Below, one piece after another: positions 30,862 to 40,215 of a stretch of DNA of 64,000 bases (the stretch's first letter is position 1; each line of letters opens with the position of its first letter). Origin of the DNA: Flavobacterium sp. (GTDB lineage Bacteria > Bacteroidota > Bacteroidia > Flavobacteriales > Flavobacteriaceae). The notes beneath the pieces were generated by a model. That model searched no databases. It was not told the origin of the DNA and saw only the letters and a list, made by a program, of their open reading frames with translations. Position numbers and translations under genes: made by a program. The DNA is taken from contig NZ_PNNA01000005.1 of assembly GCF_013823965.1 (NCBI RefSeq), positions 5,419-69,418 of the forward strand. Reading direction: 5' to 3'.

Positions 30862-30897
30862 CTTCCAATTTGGTTTAATCATTAAAAAAATAAATAG

Positions 30898-33800
30898 ATG
30901 TTTAATAAATTTATACAAAGACCCGTACTGTCGATAGTAATATCGCTGATAATTGTCTTTTTGGGTGTGTTGTCGGTAATGAGTTTGCCTATTACACAGT
31001 TCCCTTCCATTTCTCCTCCAATGGTAAATGTTACGGCAGATTACCCTGGTTCCAATGGAGAATTGATGATCAAATCGGTTGTTATTCCTTTGGAAAGAGC
31101 CTTGAATGGAGTTCCGGGAATGAAATACATGACTTCCGATGCCGGAAATGACGGGGAAGCGAGTATCCAAATCGTTTTCAACTTGGGTACCGATCCCAAT
31201 CAAGCGGCCATTAACGTTCAAAACCGTGTGGCTTCGGTTACCAATAAACTGCCGCCATTGGTAGTAAGAGAGGGTGTGAAGATTACCCGTGAAGTACCGA
31301 GTATGTTGATGTACGTGAACCTTTATAGTAAGGACAAAAATACCGACATGAAGTTTTTGTACAATTATGCCGATATCAACGTACTTTCGGAATTAAAAAG
31401 GGTAAATGGTGTTGGATCTGGAGATATTTTGGGAACACGAGAATATGCGATGCGTATTTGGTTGAAACCCGATCGTATGTTGGCTTACAAAATTTCTGCC
31501 GATGAGGTAATGGAAGCCTTGTCAAGCCAAAGTTTGGAAGCTTCGCCAGGAAAAACGGGAGAAGCCTCTGGAAAACGTTCCCAAGCATTCGAATATGTAT
31601 TGAAATATTCCGGGCGTTTTACCACCAAGGAGCAATACGAAAATATTGTGGTGCGATCCAACAGCAACGGGGAACTTTTGCGTTTGAAAGACATTGCCAA
31701 TGTGGAGTTTGGAAGTTCGATGTATGATATTTACTCGAATTTGAACGGAAAACCATCTGCGGCCATCGTGTTGAAACAATCTTTTGGAAGTAATGCCAAC
31801 CAGGTTATTGCAGACGTAAAATCCAAATTGGAAAACATCAAGAAGAAATTTCCAAAAGGGATGGATTATGAAATCTCTTATGACGTTTCTTCCTTCTTGG
31901 ATGCTTCCATCGAAAAAGTAATCCACACCTTGATTGAAGCTTTTGTCTTGGTAGGATTGGTGGTGTTTCTTTTCTTGGGCGATTGGCGTTCCACCATCAT
32001 CACGGCAATTGCGGTTCCGGTTTCGTTGATTGGAACATTCATGTTTATGCAATTCTTCGATATTTCCTTGAACTTGATTACGTTGTTTGCTCTGGTTTTG
32101 GCCATTGGAGTCGTCGTCGACAACGCGATCGTGGTTATCGAGGCGGTTCACGCCAAGATGGAAGAAGAGCATCTCGGGCCATTGAAAGCGACCAAAAAAG
32201 TAATGCACGAAATTGCTGGAGCCATTATTGCCATTACCTTCTTGATGGCTGCGGTATTTATTCCGGTAGCCTTTATGTCTGGTCCAGTTGGGGTTTTCTA
32301 CAGACAGTTTTCGATAACGATGGCAACGGCCATTATTCTTTCCGGTATTGTTGCCTTGACTTTGACACCGGCACTTTGTGCGGTAATGTTGAAGAATACC
32401 CATGGCAAACATAGTAAGGTAACGCCAGCCAGCAAATTTATAGACAGTTTCAACAAAAGATTTAATTTGGTACAAGGCAAGTATCAAAATCTATTGGGTA
32501 AAATTGTGACCAGAAGATCCGTTACTTTTATTTCCCTTTTGGCATTTTGTGCCGGAACTTGGTTGATTAGCAGCACCGTTCCTTCCGGATTTATTCCGAA
32601 TGAGGATCAAGGGATGTTCTATGCCATTATTCAAACGCCTCCGGGGTCGTCCTTGGAAAGAACCAATGATATTGCGTCGAAATTGCAAAAAATCGCCGAA
32701 AAAATTGATGGAGTAAAATCCGTTTCTTCCCTTGCTGGTTATGAAATTTTGACGGAAGGTACCGGATCCAATGCGGGAACTTGTTTGATCAATCTTAAAG
32801 ATTGGAGCGACAGAAAAGAATCGGTTCAAGAAATCATGACGGAATTGGAAGAAAAGTCGAAAGACATTCCGGGTGCCAATATCGAGTTTTTCCAACCGCC
32901 AGCTGTACCGGGGTACGGAGCGGCAGGTGGATTTGAGCTTCGTTTGTTGGATAAAACGGGTTCTGGGGATTACAAAAAAATGGAATCCATCAATACCGAT
33001 TTCGTGAAAGAGTTGAACAAGCGTCCTGAATTGTCCAACGTGTTTAGCTTTTACAGTGCCAGTTTCCCTCAGTACATGATGAAAGTGGACAATGATTTGG
33101 CACAACAAAAAGAAGTTTCCATTGAAAATGCGATGAACACTTTGTCAACGCTCGTGGGTAGTAACTACGAAATCAGTTTTATCAAATATGGAATCAATTA
33201 TAAAGTTATCGTACAAGCGGCTCCTGAATACAGGTCCCAACCAAACGATATTTTGAAACTTTACGTCAAAAATAATCGGGATGAAATGGTGCCTTTCTCG
33301 GCCTTCATGAAATTGGAAAAAGTGTACGGTCTTTCGGAAATCACGAGACACAACATGTACACTTCCACCGAAATTAGTGGTGGACCGGCTTCGGGATACA
33401 GTAGTGGTACGGCCATTAAAGCCATCCAGGAAGTGGCGGAGAAAAAATTGCCTCGTGGTTATGATATTGATTGGGCTGGTATTTCTGCCGATGAGGTGGG
33501 GCAAGGAAATCAGGCCATTTGGGTATTCTTGATCTGTTTGGGCTTTGTTTACCTGGTTTTGGCAGCCCAATACGAAAGTTTCATTCTGCCATTTTCGGTA
33601 ATTCTTTCTTTGCCGGCAGGTATTTTTGGAGCATTCCTTTTGATAAAAATGACGGGATTGGAAAACAACATTTATGCGCAGGTTGCCATGGTAATGCTTA
33701 TTGGTTTGCTGGGTAAAAATGCGGTGTTGATTGTGGAATTTGCGATACAAAGACACGCGGCAGGAAAATCGGTTTTGGAAGCCGCAATTGAAGGTGCCAA

Positions 33801-34065
33801 AGCGAGGTTCCGTGCCATTTTGATGACATCCTTTGCTTTTGTGGCCGGATTGCTTCCATTGGCAATGGCAACGGGGCCGGGTAAAATTGGTAACCGAACC
33901 ATTGGTACCGCAGCAGCCGGAGGCATGTTCATAGGAACTGTTTGTGGCGTGTTCGTGATTCCCGGATTGTATTACATTTTTGCAAAAATAGCCGAGAAAT
34001 ACAAGTTGGTTAAACACGAAGCAGAGAATCCATTAACCGAAGAAATAGACAACAATCATGTATAA
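30898..34065 (+). CDS. RND efflux permease (AcrB/HAE1-like)
   Basis: 1055 aa. N-terminus MFNKFIQRPVLSIVISLIIVFLGV, 12-TM architecture and two large periplasmic loops. Confidence 0.95.
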   Translation: MFNKFIQRPVLSIVISLIIVFLGVLSVMSLPITQFPSISPPMVNVTADYPGSNGELMIKSVVIPLERALNGVPGMKYMTSDAGNDGEASIQIVFNLGTDPNQAAINVQNRVASVTNKLPPLVVREGVKITREVPSMLMYVNLYSKDKNTDMKFLYNYADINVLSELKRVNGVGSGDILGTREYAMRIWLKPDRMLAYKISADEVMEALSSQSLEASPGKTGEASGKRSQAFEYVLKYSGRFTTKEQYENIVVRSNSNGELLRLKDIANVEFGSSMYDIYSNLNGKPSAAIVLKQSFGSNANQVIADVKSKLENIKKKFPKGMDYEISYDVSSFLDASIEKVIHTLIEAFVLVGLVVFLFLGDWRSTIITAIAVPVSLIGTFMFMQFFDISLNLITLFALVLAIGVVVDNAIVVIEAVHAKMEEEHLGPLKATKKVMHEIAGAIIAITFLMAAVFIPVAFMSGPVGVFYRQFSITMATAIILSGIVALTLTPALCAVMLKNTHGKHSKVTPASKFIDSFNKRFNLVQGKYQNLLGKIVTRRSVTFISLLAFCAGTWLISSTVPSGFIPNEDQGMFYAIIQTPPGSSLERTNDIASKLQKIAEKIDGVKSVSSLAGYEILTEGTGSNAGTCLINLKDWSDRKESVQEIMTELEEKSKDIPGANIEFFQPPAVPGYGAAGGFELRLLDKTGSGDYKKMESINTDFVKELNKRPELSNVFSFYSASFPQYMMKVDNDLAQQKEVSIENAMNTLSTLVGSNYEISFIKYGINYKVIVQAAPEYRSQPNDILKLYVKNNRDEMVPFSAFMKLEKVYGLSEITRHNMYTSTEISGGPASGYSSGTAIKAIQEVAEKKLPRGYDIDWAGISADEVGQGNQAIWVFLICLGFVYLVLAAQYESFILPFSVILSLPAGIFGAFLLIKMTGLENNIYAQVAMVMLIGLLGKNAVLIVEFAIQRHAAGKSVLEAAIEGAKARFRAILMTSFAFVAGLLPLAMATGPGKIGNRTIGTAAAGGMFIGTVCGVFVIPGLYYIFAKIAEKYKLVKHEAENPLTEEIDNNHV

Positions 34066-35488
34066 ATTTAAAACCTATAAATATCTTGTCCCGCTAAGCA
34101 TCTGCTTGGCGGTGGCAAGTTGCACACCAGCATTGGCACCTTTGGCCGAAAAGAAAGCGGTTCCCGAATCTTTCGACAAGAGTACCGACACGACCAATGT
34201 GTCCAGTACGCCTTGGCGAACTTATTTCAAAGATTCAAATTTGGTCAATTTGATCGATACCGCCTTGAAAAACAATCAGGAATTGCAGATTACCTTGCAG
34301 GAAATCGAAATTGCCAAGAACGATATTCGCGTTCGAAAAGGCGCTCTTTTGCCAACTGTTGGAGTAGGAGCGGGAGCGGGAATCGAAAAAGTGGGGCGTT
34401 ATACCAGCCAAGGTGCCGGTGATGCTTCCACGGAAATAAAGCCGGGCAAGGAAATGCCGGATCCGTTGGCCGATTTCAAGTTGGCGGCCTATGCCAATTG
34501 GGAAGTCGATATTTGGAAAAAATTGCGCAATTCCAAGAAAGCCGCCGTTAGCCGTTATTTGGCAACCGTTGAAGGGAAGAATTTCGTAATCACGAACCTT
34601 ATTGCCGAGGTGGCCGATTCCTATTACGAATTGCTGGCCTTGGATAGTCAATTGGATATTGTAAGACAAAATATTGCCTTGCAAACCAATGCTTTGGAAA
34701 TCGTGAAAATCCAGAAAGAAGCTGCCAGAACAACCGAATTGGCCGTTCAAAAGTTTAATGCCGAGGTTTTGGCTTCCAAGAGTATGGAGTTTGATATTCT
34801 TCAAAACATCAAGGAAACGGAGAATAAAATCAACTTTTTGCTGGGACAATATCCACAGGAAATCAAAAGGGACAAAACCAACTTTGCGAGCTTAATGCCT
34901 TCGATGATTCATTCGGGAGTTCCTTCGCAATTGTTGGCCAATCGTCCAGACATAAAACAAGCCGAATTGGAATTGGAAGCCGCCAAGTTGGACGTGAAAG
35001 TAGCTCGTGCCGAGTTTTTTCCTTCATTGGAGATTAATGCGGCATTAGGATTTAATGCCTTCAAGCCTTCTTACTTGTTTACGATGCCGGAATCGTTGTT
35101 GTATTCGTTGGCGGGAGATTTGGCAGCGCCGGTCATCAACAGGAATGCCATCAAGGCCGAATATAGTTCTGCCAATGCCAGACAATTGCAGGCTTTGTAC
35201 AACTACGAAAGAACCATCTTGAATGCCTATCTTGAGGTTTCGAGCCAGCTTTCCAAAATCAACAATTTGGAAAAGAGCTACGAATTGAAATCGCAACAAG
35301 TGGCGGCAATGAACCGCTCGATTGACGTGGCCGGTGATTTGTTCAAGTCTGCCAAAGCGGATTATTTCGAAGTTTTGATGACCCAACGCGATGCTTTGGA
35401 ATCCAAACTCGAATTGATTGAAACCAAAAAAGCACAACTCAACGCCACGGTTCACGTATATCGCGACCTAGGCGGAGGTTGGAAATAA
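34058..35488 (+). CDS. RND efflux outer-membrane factor lipoprotein (TolC/NodT family)
   Basis: 476 aa with lipobox VASC and a C-terminal YRDLGGGW motif. Overlaps the pump stop by 8 nt. Confidence 0.9.
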   Translation: MYKFKTYKYLVPLSICLAVASCTPALAPLAEKKAVPESFDKSTDTTNVSSTPWRTYFKDSNLVNLIDTALKNNQELQITLQEIEIAKNDIRVRKGALLPTVGVGAGAGIEKVGRYTSQGAGDASTEIKPGKEMPDPLADFKLAAYANWEVDIWKKLRNSKKAAVSRYLATVEGKNFVITNLIAEVADSYYELLALDSQLDIVRQNIALQTNALEIVKIQKEAARTTELAVQKFNAEVLASKSMEFDILQNIKETENKINFLLGQYPQEIKRDKTNFASLMPSMIHSGVPSQLLANRPDIKQAELELEAAKLDVKVARAEFFPSLEINAALGFNAFKPSYLFTMPESLLYSLAGDLAAPVINRNAIKAEYSSANARQLQALYNYERTILNAYLEVSSQLSKINNLEKSYELKSQQVAAMNRSIDVAGDLFKSAKADYFEVLMTQRDALESKLELIETKKAQLNATVHVYRDLGGGWK

Positions 35489-35513
35489 TACTATTTTCTT
35501 TGTTGCCAAAAGT

Positions 35514-35548
35514 CCTAAACATTCTTGAGTGTTTGGGGCTTTTTTTTG
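35514..35548 (+). terminator. rho-independent terminator of the RND operon
   Basis: Stem cctaaaca/tgtttggg followed by an 8-nt T run. Confidence 0.75.
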
Positions 35549-35664
35549 TCTCATCCTGAAATTTTTCAAAAAACATTTGTGCAACCGAAAACTTGTGCAT
35601 ATTTTGCAATCAATTGGTTTAGAAAGAATAAGCCAATTAGTACTAAACCTAAATACACTAAATT

Positions 35665-36042
35665 ATGAAAAACAAAATCACCTTCGTTTTAAGTCTGTTG
35701 TTTGGACTGATGTTTATCAATGCAGGATTGAACAAGTTCTTGAACTATATGCCAATGCCGGAGCATTTGCCCGAGAAAATGATGAAAGCAATGGCAGCCT
35801 TTACCGAAATTGGTTGGCTTATGCCGCTTGTGGGAACAGTCGAGGCTTTGGGCGGGTTGTTGATCATCATTCCAAAAACTAGAGCATTGGGCGCTTTGAT
35901 GATTTTTCCCATTATGGTCGGGATTGTGCTGACGAATATCGTTCAGGATTCCAGCGGTTTGCCTATTGCGGGAGTTTTTAGCGCCATCTTGATTTGGATA
36001 ATGTTCGTGAACAAAGAAAAATACGCACCATTATTTAGATAA
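35665..36042 (+). CDS. DoxX-family small membrane protein
   Basis: 125 aa with four hydrophobic segments and an INAGLNKF motif. Confidence 0.65.
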   Translation: MKNKITFVLSLLFGLMFINAGLNKFLNYMPMPEHLPEKMMKAMAAFTEIGWLMPLVGTVEALGGLLIIIPKTRALGALMIFPIMVGIVLTNIVQDSSGLPIAGVFSAILIWIMFVNKEKYAPLFR

Positions 36043-36069
36043 ATGGTCACATTAATCAGCAATAAAAAA

Positions 36070-36105
36070 CCCTAAATTACTTGTAATAAGTATTTTAGGG
36101 TTTTG
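36070..36105. terminator. bidirectional terminator (DoxX gene / tRNA-Arg)
   Basis: Stem ccctaaa/tttaggg flanked by an A run and a T run. Confidence 0.7.
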
Positions 36106-36110
36106 TTTTG

Positions 36111-36184
36111 TGACCTCGACTGGATTCAAACCAGTAACCTTCTGAGCCGTAATCAGATGCGCTATTCAGTTGCGCCACGAGGCC
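36111..36184 (-). tRNA. tRNA-Arg (anticodon ACG), 74 nt, CCA not encoded
   Basis: Hand-folded cloverleaf from GGCCTCGTGGCGCAACTGAATAGCGCATCTGATTACGGCTCAGAAGGTTACTGGTTTGAATCCAGTCGAGGTCA. Acceptor stem is 7 bp (one G-U), D stem GCGC/GCGC, anticodon stem TCTGA/TCAGA with loop TTACGGC, and T stem ACTGG/CCAGT. Confidence 0.85.
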
Positions 36185-36290
36185 TTAATGCGGGTGCAAA
36201 TATAGGCAAATTTTGCAATCGTACAAACCTAAACGTGAAAATATCCAGAAATATTTTTTTTATCTAAAATCTGCAATCAATAATCTGAAA

Positions 36291-36434
36291 TCAACGTTCT
36301 AATGCTCTTGTAGTTACATAATAGCGGTAGGCGATGACGGCTTTTTGCCATTTGGAGGCTTTGGCCAAATCCAGTCTTTTTTTGGTAAAACTCGGCAAAA
36401 GGAACTTGTTGAGTTGGGCTAGAATTTTGAACAT
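36291..36434 (-). CDS. possible small (47 aa) basic protein
   Basis: Hand-translated as MFKILAQLNKFLLPSFTKKRLDLAKASKWQKAVIAYRYYVTTRALER. It is in a different frame from the 83-aa track ORF 36277-36528, which looks spurious. Confidence 0.3.
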   Translation of the reverse strand: MFKILAQLNKFLLPSFTKKRLDLAKASKWQKAVIAYRYYVTTRALER

Positions 36435-36508
36435 AATTGATTTTTTTCAAAGATATAAAAAAAGAAGGTCTTGATTGGGGACCGTCTTTTTTGGTTTTTA
36501 CGGAAATC

Positions 36509-38392
36509 TTATTTCCCGTTCTTTGCATTCATTTTCAATTGGTATTCTTTCATTTGTTGCTCGTAGATTTTCATTTTCTTGTCGAAAGCTTCCATCTCGG
36601 CATTGAATGGTTCCATTTGTTTGTCAAATTCTTCCATTTTTTTCTCAAAAATTTTCATTTCCGGTTCCATTGCCTCCATTTTTTTGTTAAACTCTTCCAT
36701 TTTGCTTTCAAATTCTTTCCAGGCTTTTTTGTCTCCGTGCATTGGATCGCCTTTTGGAGCTTTTGGAGCCTTTGGAAAAACGGGTGGTTTCGGATTCTTG
36801 AGCGTAAATGTTGGCGGTGTTGGCGGTGTTGGCGGTGTCGGGATTTCAACATCAACGGATGATTGTGTAACAGTTTTGGTTGTTATTCGGATTGTCTTTT
36901 CATTTTTGTTGACGTCCATTTTATCAATTGAATTTTGGTCTAAAAGCAGTAACTCATTTTTGTCCACTTTTTCTCCATTGATGTAAATGTCGTTATCATC
37001 GAGTGTTTTGGAAAATTTTTTGGTAGTAATTCTGATGGTTCCTTTGTCGGATTTTTTGATGACGTCCATTCTCTCTATTTCATTCGGGTCAAGTTTATCT
37101 AACTCTTCCTGACTTGATTTTGAGCCGTTGATAAATATTTCTTTATCAGTCGATAAAGGTGTATTTGGAGAAATCAGGACACTTTTTTGGTTAATCACGG
37201 TGTCATCTGTCCCAAAATCAACAATCAATAATCCATTTTCATTCTTGGAAACGATAATGCCAAATGTTTTGATGGCTGCAGTTCCTTTGGTTGCCATTTT
37301 TTTGGAAATTTCTTTTCCTTTTTTCAAATCAACTTCTATGGCAATCAATTCATTGTTAGCATTTCTTTCAATACCTGAAAAAGAAAGTGTAATATTGTAT
37401 TTCTCTTTTAAAGCGCTGGTTTTTTCTTTTAATTCGGCATCGGTGGTGTTTTTGTTTATTTTGTAAATGTCTACCAAATTTTCATTTGTTTTTGAATGTT
37501 CAACGGTAGTTGGTTCTGAAGTTTTCTCCTGTGCGACCACTTTCACTTGAAAGAAAAAGACAAATGCTCCCAATATCGGAAGTATTAGCGCATACTTCCA
37601 GGAATTCCTTTTGTTTGATTGATTTTTGTTTAACATAACGATTCGTTTTTTGATTAATGATTGATAAAAATGATTGGTAATCGCAACACAATTTTCCTGT
37701 GTTGTTATTTTTAAAAGCGTCATTTGATAGGCTTTTTTGTCGGAGATATTTTTGGAAGCTTCATAATCGGCTATGAATTCCAGATTTTGAAGAATGGCTT
37801 TTTTGTACAACCACATCAACGGATGGAACCAAAAAACGATGCAAAACAATCTCGAAATCAAAACGTCGATGGTGTGATTTTGAGCGCTGTGTACTTTTTC
37901 GTGTTCCAATATGTTTTCCAATTCGGTCTCGCTGTATAGTGATGAGTTATACACAATAGAATTGAAATAGGAAAAAGGAGAAACATTTTCATTTATGTCA
38001 ATAAACTTGAAATCGGCTTGATGCTGGATGGTTTTGCCTTTTAGAACTTTAGAAAGACTGAAAAAATCAAAAGCGAATTTCATCAAGAATGCCAGAATTC
38101 CAATGGAATACGCAATGGCAAAAACAAGATACCAATTGATTTCAAACGCTTCATTTTCGACTGGAGTTGTCACAGGAATTTTCGACCAATCAAAATTGGT
38201 TGGACTTGGGTCAACCCAAACTATTTTTGTAAAAACAATCAATGGCAATACGACCGAGGTAATTAATCCCGCCAATAAAAACCAACGATTGCTGTTGAAA
38301 AAAGTTTCTTTTCGCAACAAAAGAACATAGGACAAATAGAACATTCCTATTAATCCGCAAGATTTGATGAGGTAAATGAATAGCGTTTCCAT
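36509..38392 (-). CDS. BlaR1/MecR1-like M56 peptidase signal transducer with a non-canonical C-terminal sensor region
   Basis: 627 aa with an N-terminal multi-TM M56 domain and zinc motif HEKVH. The C-terminal half lacks a penicillin-binding domain. It instead has duplicated roughly 40-aa units, a PTPPTPPTPPT stretch and a Met/Phe heptad tail. Confidence 0.85.
   Translation of the reverse strand: METLFIYLIKSCGLIGMFYLSYVLLLRKETFFNSNRWFLLAGLITSVVLPLIVFTKIVWVDPSPTNFDWSKIPVTTPVENEAFEINWYLVFAIAYSIGILAFLMKFAFDFFSLSKVLKGKTIQHQADFKFIDINENVSPFSYFNSIVYNSSLYSETELENILEHEKVHSAQNHTIDVLISRLFCIVFWFHPLMWLYKKAILQNLEFIADYEASKNISDKKAYQMTLLKITTQENCVAITNHFYQSLIKKRIVMLNKNQSNKRNSWKYALILPILGAFVFFFQVKVVAQEKTSEPTTVEHSKTNENLVDIYKINKNTTDAELKEKTSALKEKYNITLSFSGIERNANNELIAIEVDLKKGKEISKKMATKGTAAIKTFGIIVSKNENGLLIVDFGTDDTVINQKSVLISPNTPLSTDKEIFINGSKSSQEELDKLDPNEIERMDVIKKSDKGTIRITTKKFSKTLDDNDIYINGEKVDKNELLLLDQNSIDKMDVNKNEKTIRITTKTVTQSSVDVEIPTPPTPPTPPTFTLKNPKPPVFPKAPKAPKGDPMHGDKKAWKEFESKMEEFNKKMEAMEPEMKIFEKKMEEFDKQMEPFNAEMEAFDKKMKIYEQQMKEYQLKMNAKNGK
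36810..36836. repeat. in-frame 9-bp tandem repeat (gttggcggt)x3 encoding PTPPTPPTP on the minus strand
   Basis: gttggcggtgttggcggtgttggcggt lies inside the BlaR1-like CDS. Confidence 0.9.
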
Positions 38393-38396
38393 GCGA

Positions 38397-38753
38397 TTAT
38401 TTATTTTCGATCATGGCTAAAATCTCTCGTAACTCTTCGGCTGAAATCTTTTCTTCTTTGGCAAAAAACGACACCATATTTTTATAAGAACTATCAAAAT
38501 AGGTATCGATTGCCGTATTCATAAACCGCTTTCTATAGTCTTCCATTTTCACGATAGGGAAGTATTGGTGTGTGTTCCCAAAAGCATTGTGAGATACAAA
38601 ACCTTTTTCTTCCAGATTCCTGATAATGGTCGAAAGCGTGTTGTAATGCGGTTGTTCCTCGGTAATTTCAGCCAGAACTTCTTTTACGAAAGCCTTTTCC
38701 AGCTTCCATAAAATTTGCATGATTTCCTCTTCTTTGTTGGTTAGTTTTTGCAT
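38397..38753 (-). CDS. BlaI/MecI/CopY-family transcriptional repressor
   Basis: 118 aa from the ATG at 38753 (MQKLTNKEEEIMQILW...), a winged-helix penicillinase-repressor fold. The stop lies 4 nt before the BlaR1-like start. The track start at 38792 is a TTG. Confidence 0.88.
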   Translation of the reverse strand: MQKLTNKEEEIMQILWKLEKAFVKEVLAEITEEQPHYNTLSTIIRNLEEKGFVSHNAFGNTHQYFPIVKMEDYRKRFMNTAIDTYFDSSYKNMVSFFAKEEKISAEELREILAMIENK

Positions 38754-38800
38754 GGTTGTATCCTTTTTGTCATCTTGGGAACAAACGTACAACTATATTT

Positions 38801-38836
38801 TTAGTTAGTAAACTATTTTTATAGTTATTTAACTAA
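38801..38836. promoter_or_regulatory. 36-bp nested palindrome, candidate BlaI-family operator
   Basis: TTAGTTA-gta-AACTAT-tttt-ATAGTT-att-TAACTAA lies 48-83 nt upstream of the blaI-like ATG. A partial extra half-site, aactatatttttagtt, is at 38791. Confidence 0.5.
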
Positions 38837-38866
38837 ATTTTAAGTTTTGAATAAAATAATCTGGAT

Positions 38867-40084
38867 TTATTGCTTTTCCGTTTGTACCAATCGTTGCAAC
38901 CAAAGGTTGAAAAACATCGCCACGACACCAAAACTTCCCATAAGGAACCAGTTGGTCGCATAACCAAATCTTCCGATGATTTCAAGTCCCACTTTTGAAC
39001 TCACAATATGGGCAAGGCTAAAACTCATCGTGTACAAAGCCATATAGCGTCCTTCTTGTCCTCGTGGAGCTCTTCCCATGGCAAAAGCATTCGAAAAGGG
39101 GAATGATAAAATCTCCCCAAATGTTACGATTACTATGCTGATGCCCAAGATTCCAACCCAGACATCCATCAACAAAACATAGAAACTCAAAGAGATAAGA
39201 AACGCTCCCCAAAAGATGATTTTTATGCGGTTGACTTGTTTTCGTTCCATAATGCTGACAATCGGCATTTCGAACATAAAAATCAGGATGCCGTTTAGCG
39301 AAAGCAATAATCCGGTTTCAAATTCAGACAAGCCATACTTTTCATGATGAAATAGGGGCAAAGTGGTGAAAATTTGGAAAAACAACATCGCCGTCGTGAA
39401 ACTTACAAACAGGAAAACCCAAAACGGCTTGTCCCGAAATACAGATTTTGGAACTAACAATACCGTCGATTCATCTTCGTGCGCCGTTATTTTTTTCTTT
39501 TCTTTGACGAAATAGGCAAATATCAAAATGGCCAAAATACAGGTGCTGCCATCAATCCAAAACAATCCTTGGTAGCCCATTCCCAGAATGATGAGTCCGC
39601 CAAGAACTGGTCCGGTGGCAAAACCCAAATTCACGGACAAACGTACCAATGAAAGCGCTCGCACCCTGTTTTCGGGTTTTGCATATACGCCAAGCGACAC
39701 AAACATTGCGGGACGAAACATGTCGGCAATGGTCATAATGGCAAAAACACCAAAACACAATCCCCAAAATGAGGTAATGTATTGCAAGCCGAAAAACATG
39801 ACGCCACTAGTAAAAAGGCTAAAAACCATTACTTTGTAAAACCCAATTTTGTCGGATAATTTTCCTCCCAACCACGAACCCAGCATCGAACCCACACCAA
39901 ACGAAACCATGATCCATCCCACTTCGCCATAAGTAAAATGTAGATTTTCCTTCAAATATTTGGATAAAAACGGCAAAACCATCGTTCCCGCCCTGTTGAT
40001 AAAAGTGATGAGGGCAAGAATCCAAACTTCACGTCTAAAGCCTTTGAAATTGTTGATGTAGCGACTTAAGGCGGTTTTTAGCAT
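38867..40084 (-). CDS. MFS transporter
   Basis: 405 aa with about 12 TM segments and MFS motif context GKLSDKIG. Confidence 0.85.
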   Translation of the reverse strand: MLKTALSRYINNFKGFRREVWILALITFINRAGTMVLPFLSKYLKENLHFTYGEVGWIMVSFGVGSMLGSWLGGKLSDKIGFYKVMVFSLFTSGVMFFGLQYITSFWGLCFGVFAIMTIADMFRPAMFVSLGVYAKPENRVRALSLVRLSVNLGFATGPVLGGLIILGMGYQGLFWIDGSTCILAILIFAYFVKEKKKITAHEDESTVLLVPKSVFRDKPFWVFLFVSFTTAMLFFQIFTTLPLFHHEKYGLSEFETGLLLSLNGILIFMFEMPIVSIMERKQVNRIKIIFWGAFLISLSFYVLLMDVWVGILGISIVIVTFGEILSFPFSNAFAMGRAPRGQEGRYMALYTMSFSLAHIVSSKVGLEIIGRFGYATNWFLMGSFGVVAMFFNLWLQRLVQTEKQ

Positions 40085-40215
40085 GGGATAAATTTCTTTT
40101 TTGCAAAGTTACAAAGTTTTTTATTGTGTGTCTTTACGAGAATTCAAGCAATCTTTCCCAAATATTAACATTGTGGCTTTCTAACTTTTAAACTATTTTT
40201 GCTCAAAATAATAAA

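Noticed and set aside
31376-34017. Long minus-strand ORFs (31522-32487, 32491-33108, 33145-34017) inside the RND pump gene.
   Set aside because: They are antisense shadows. The products are R/N/H/G-rich nonsense, while the plus-strand AcrB-like frame is continuous over 1055 codons.
36437-36986. Plus-strand ORFs (141 aa and 135 aa) with WRCWRCWRC and GGVGGVGGVG repeats.
   Set aside because: They are antisense read-through of the PTP-encoding 9-bp tandem repeat and the heptad region of the BlaR1-like gene.
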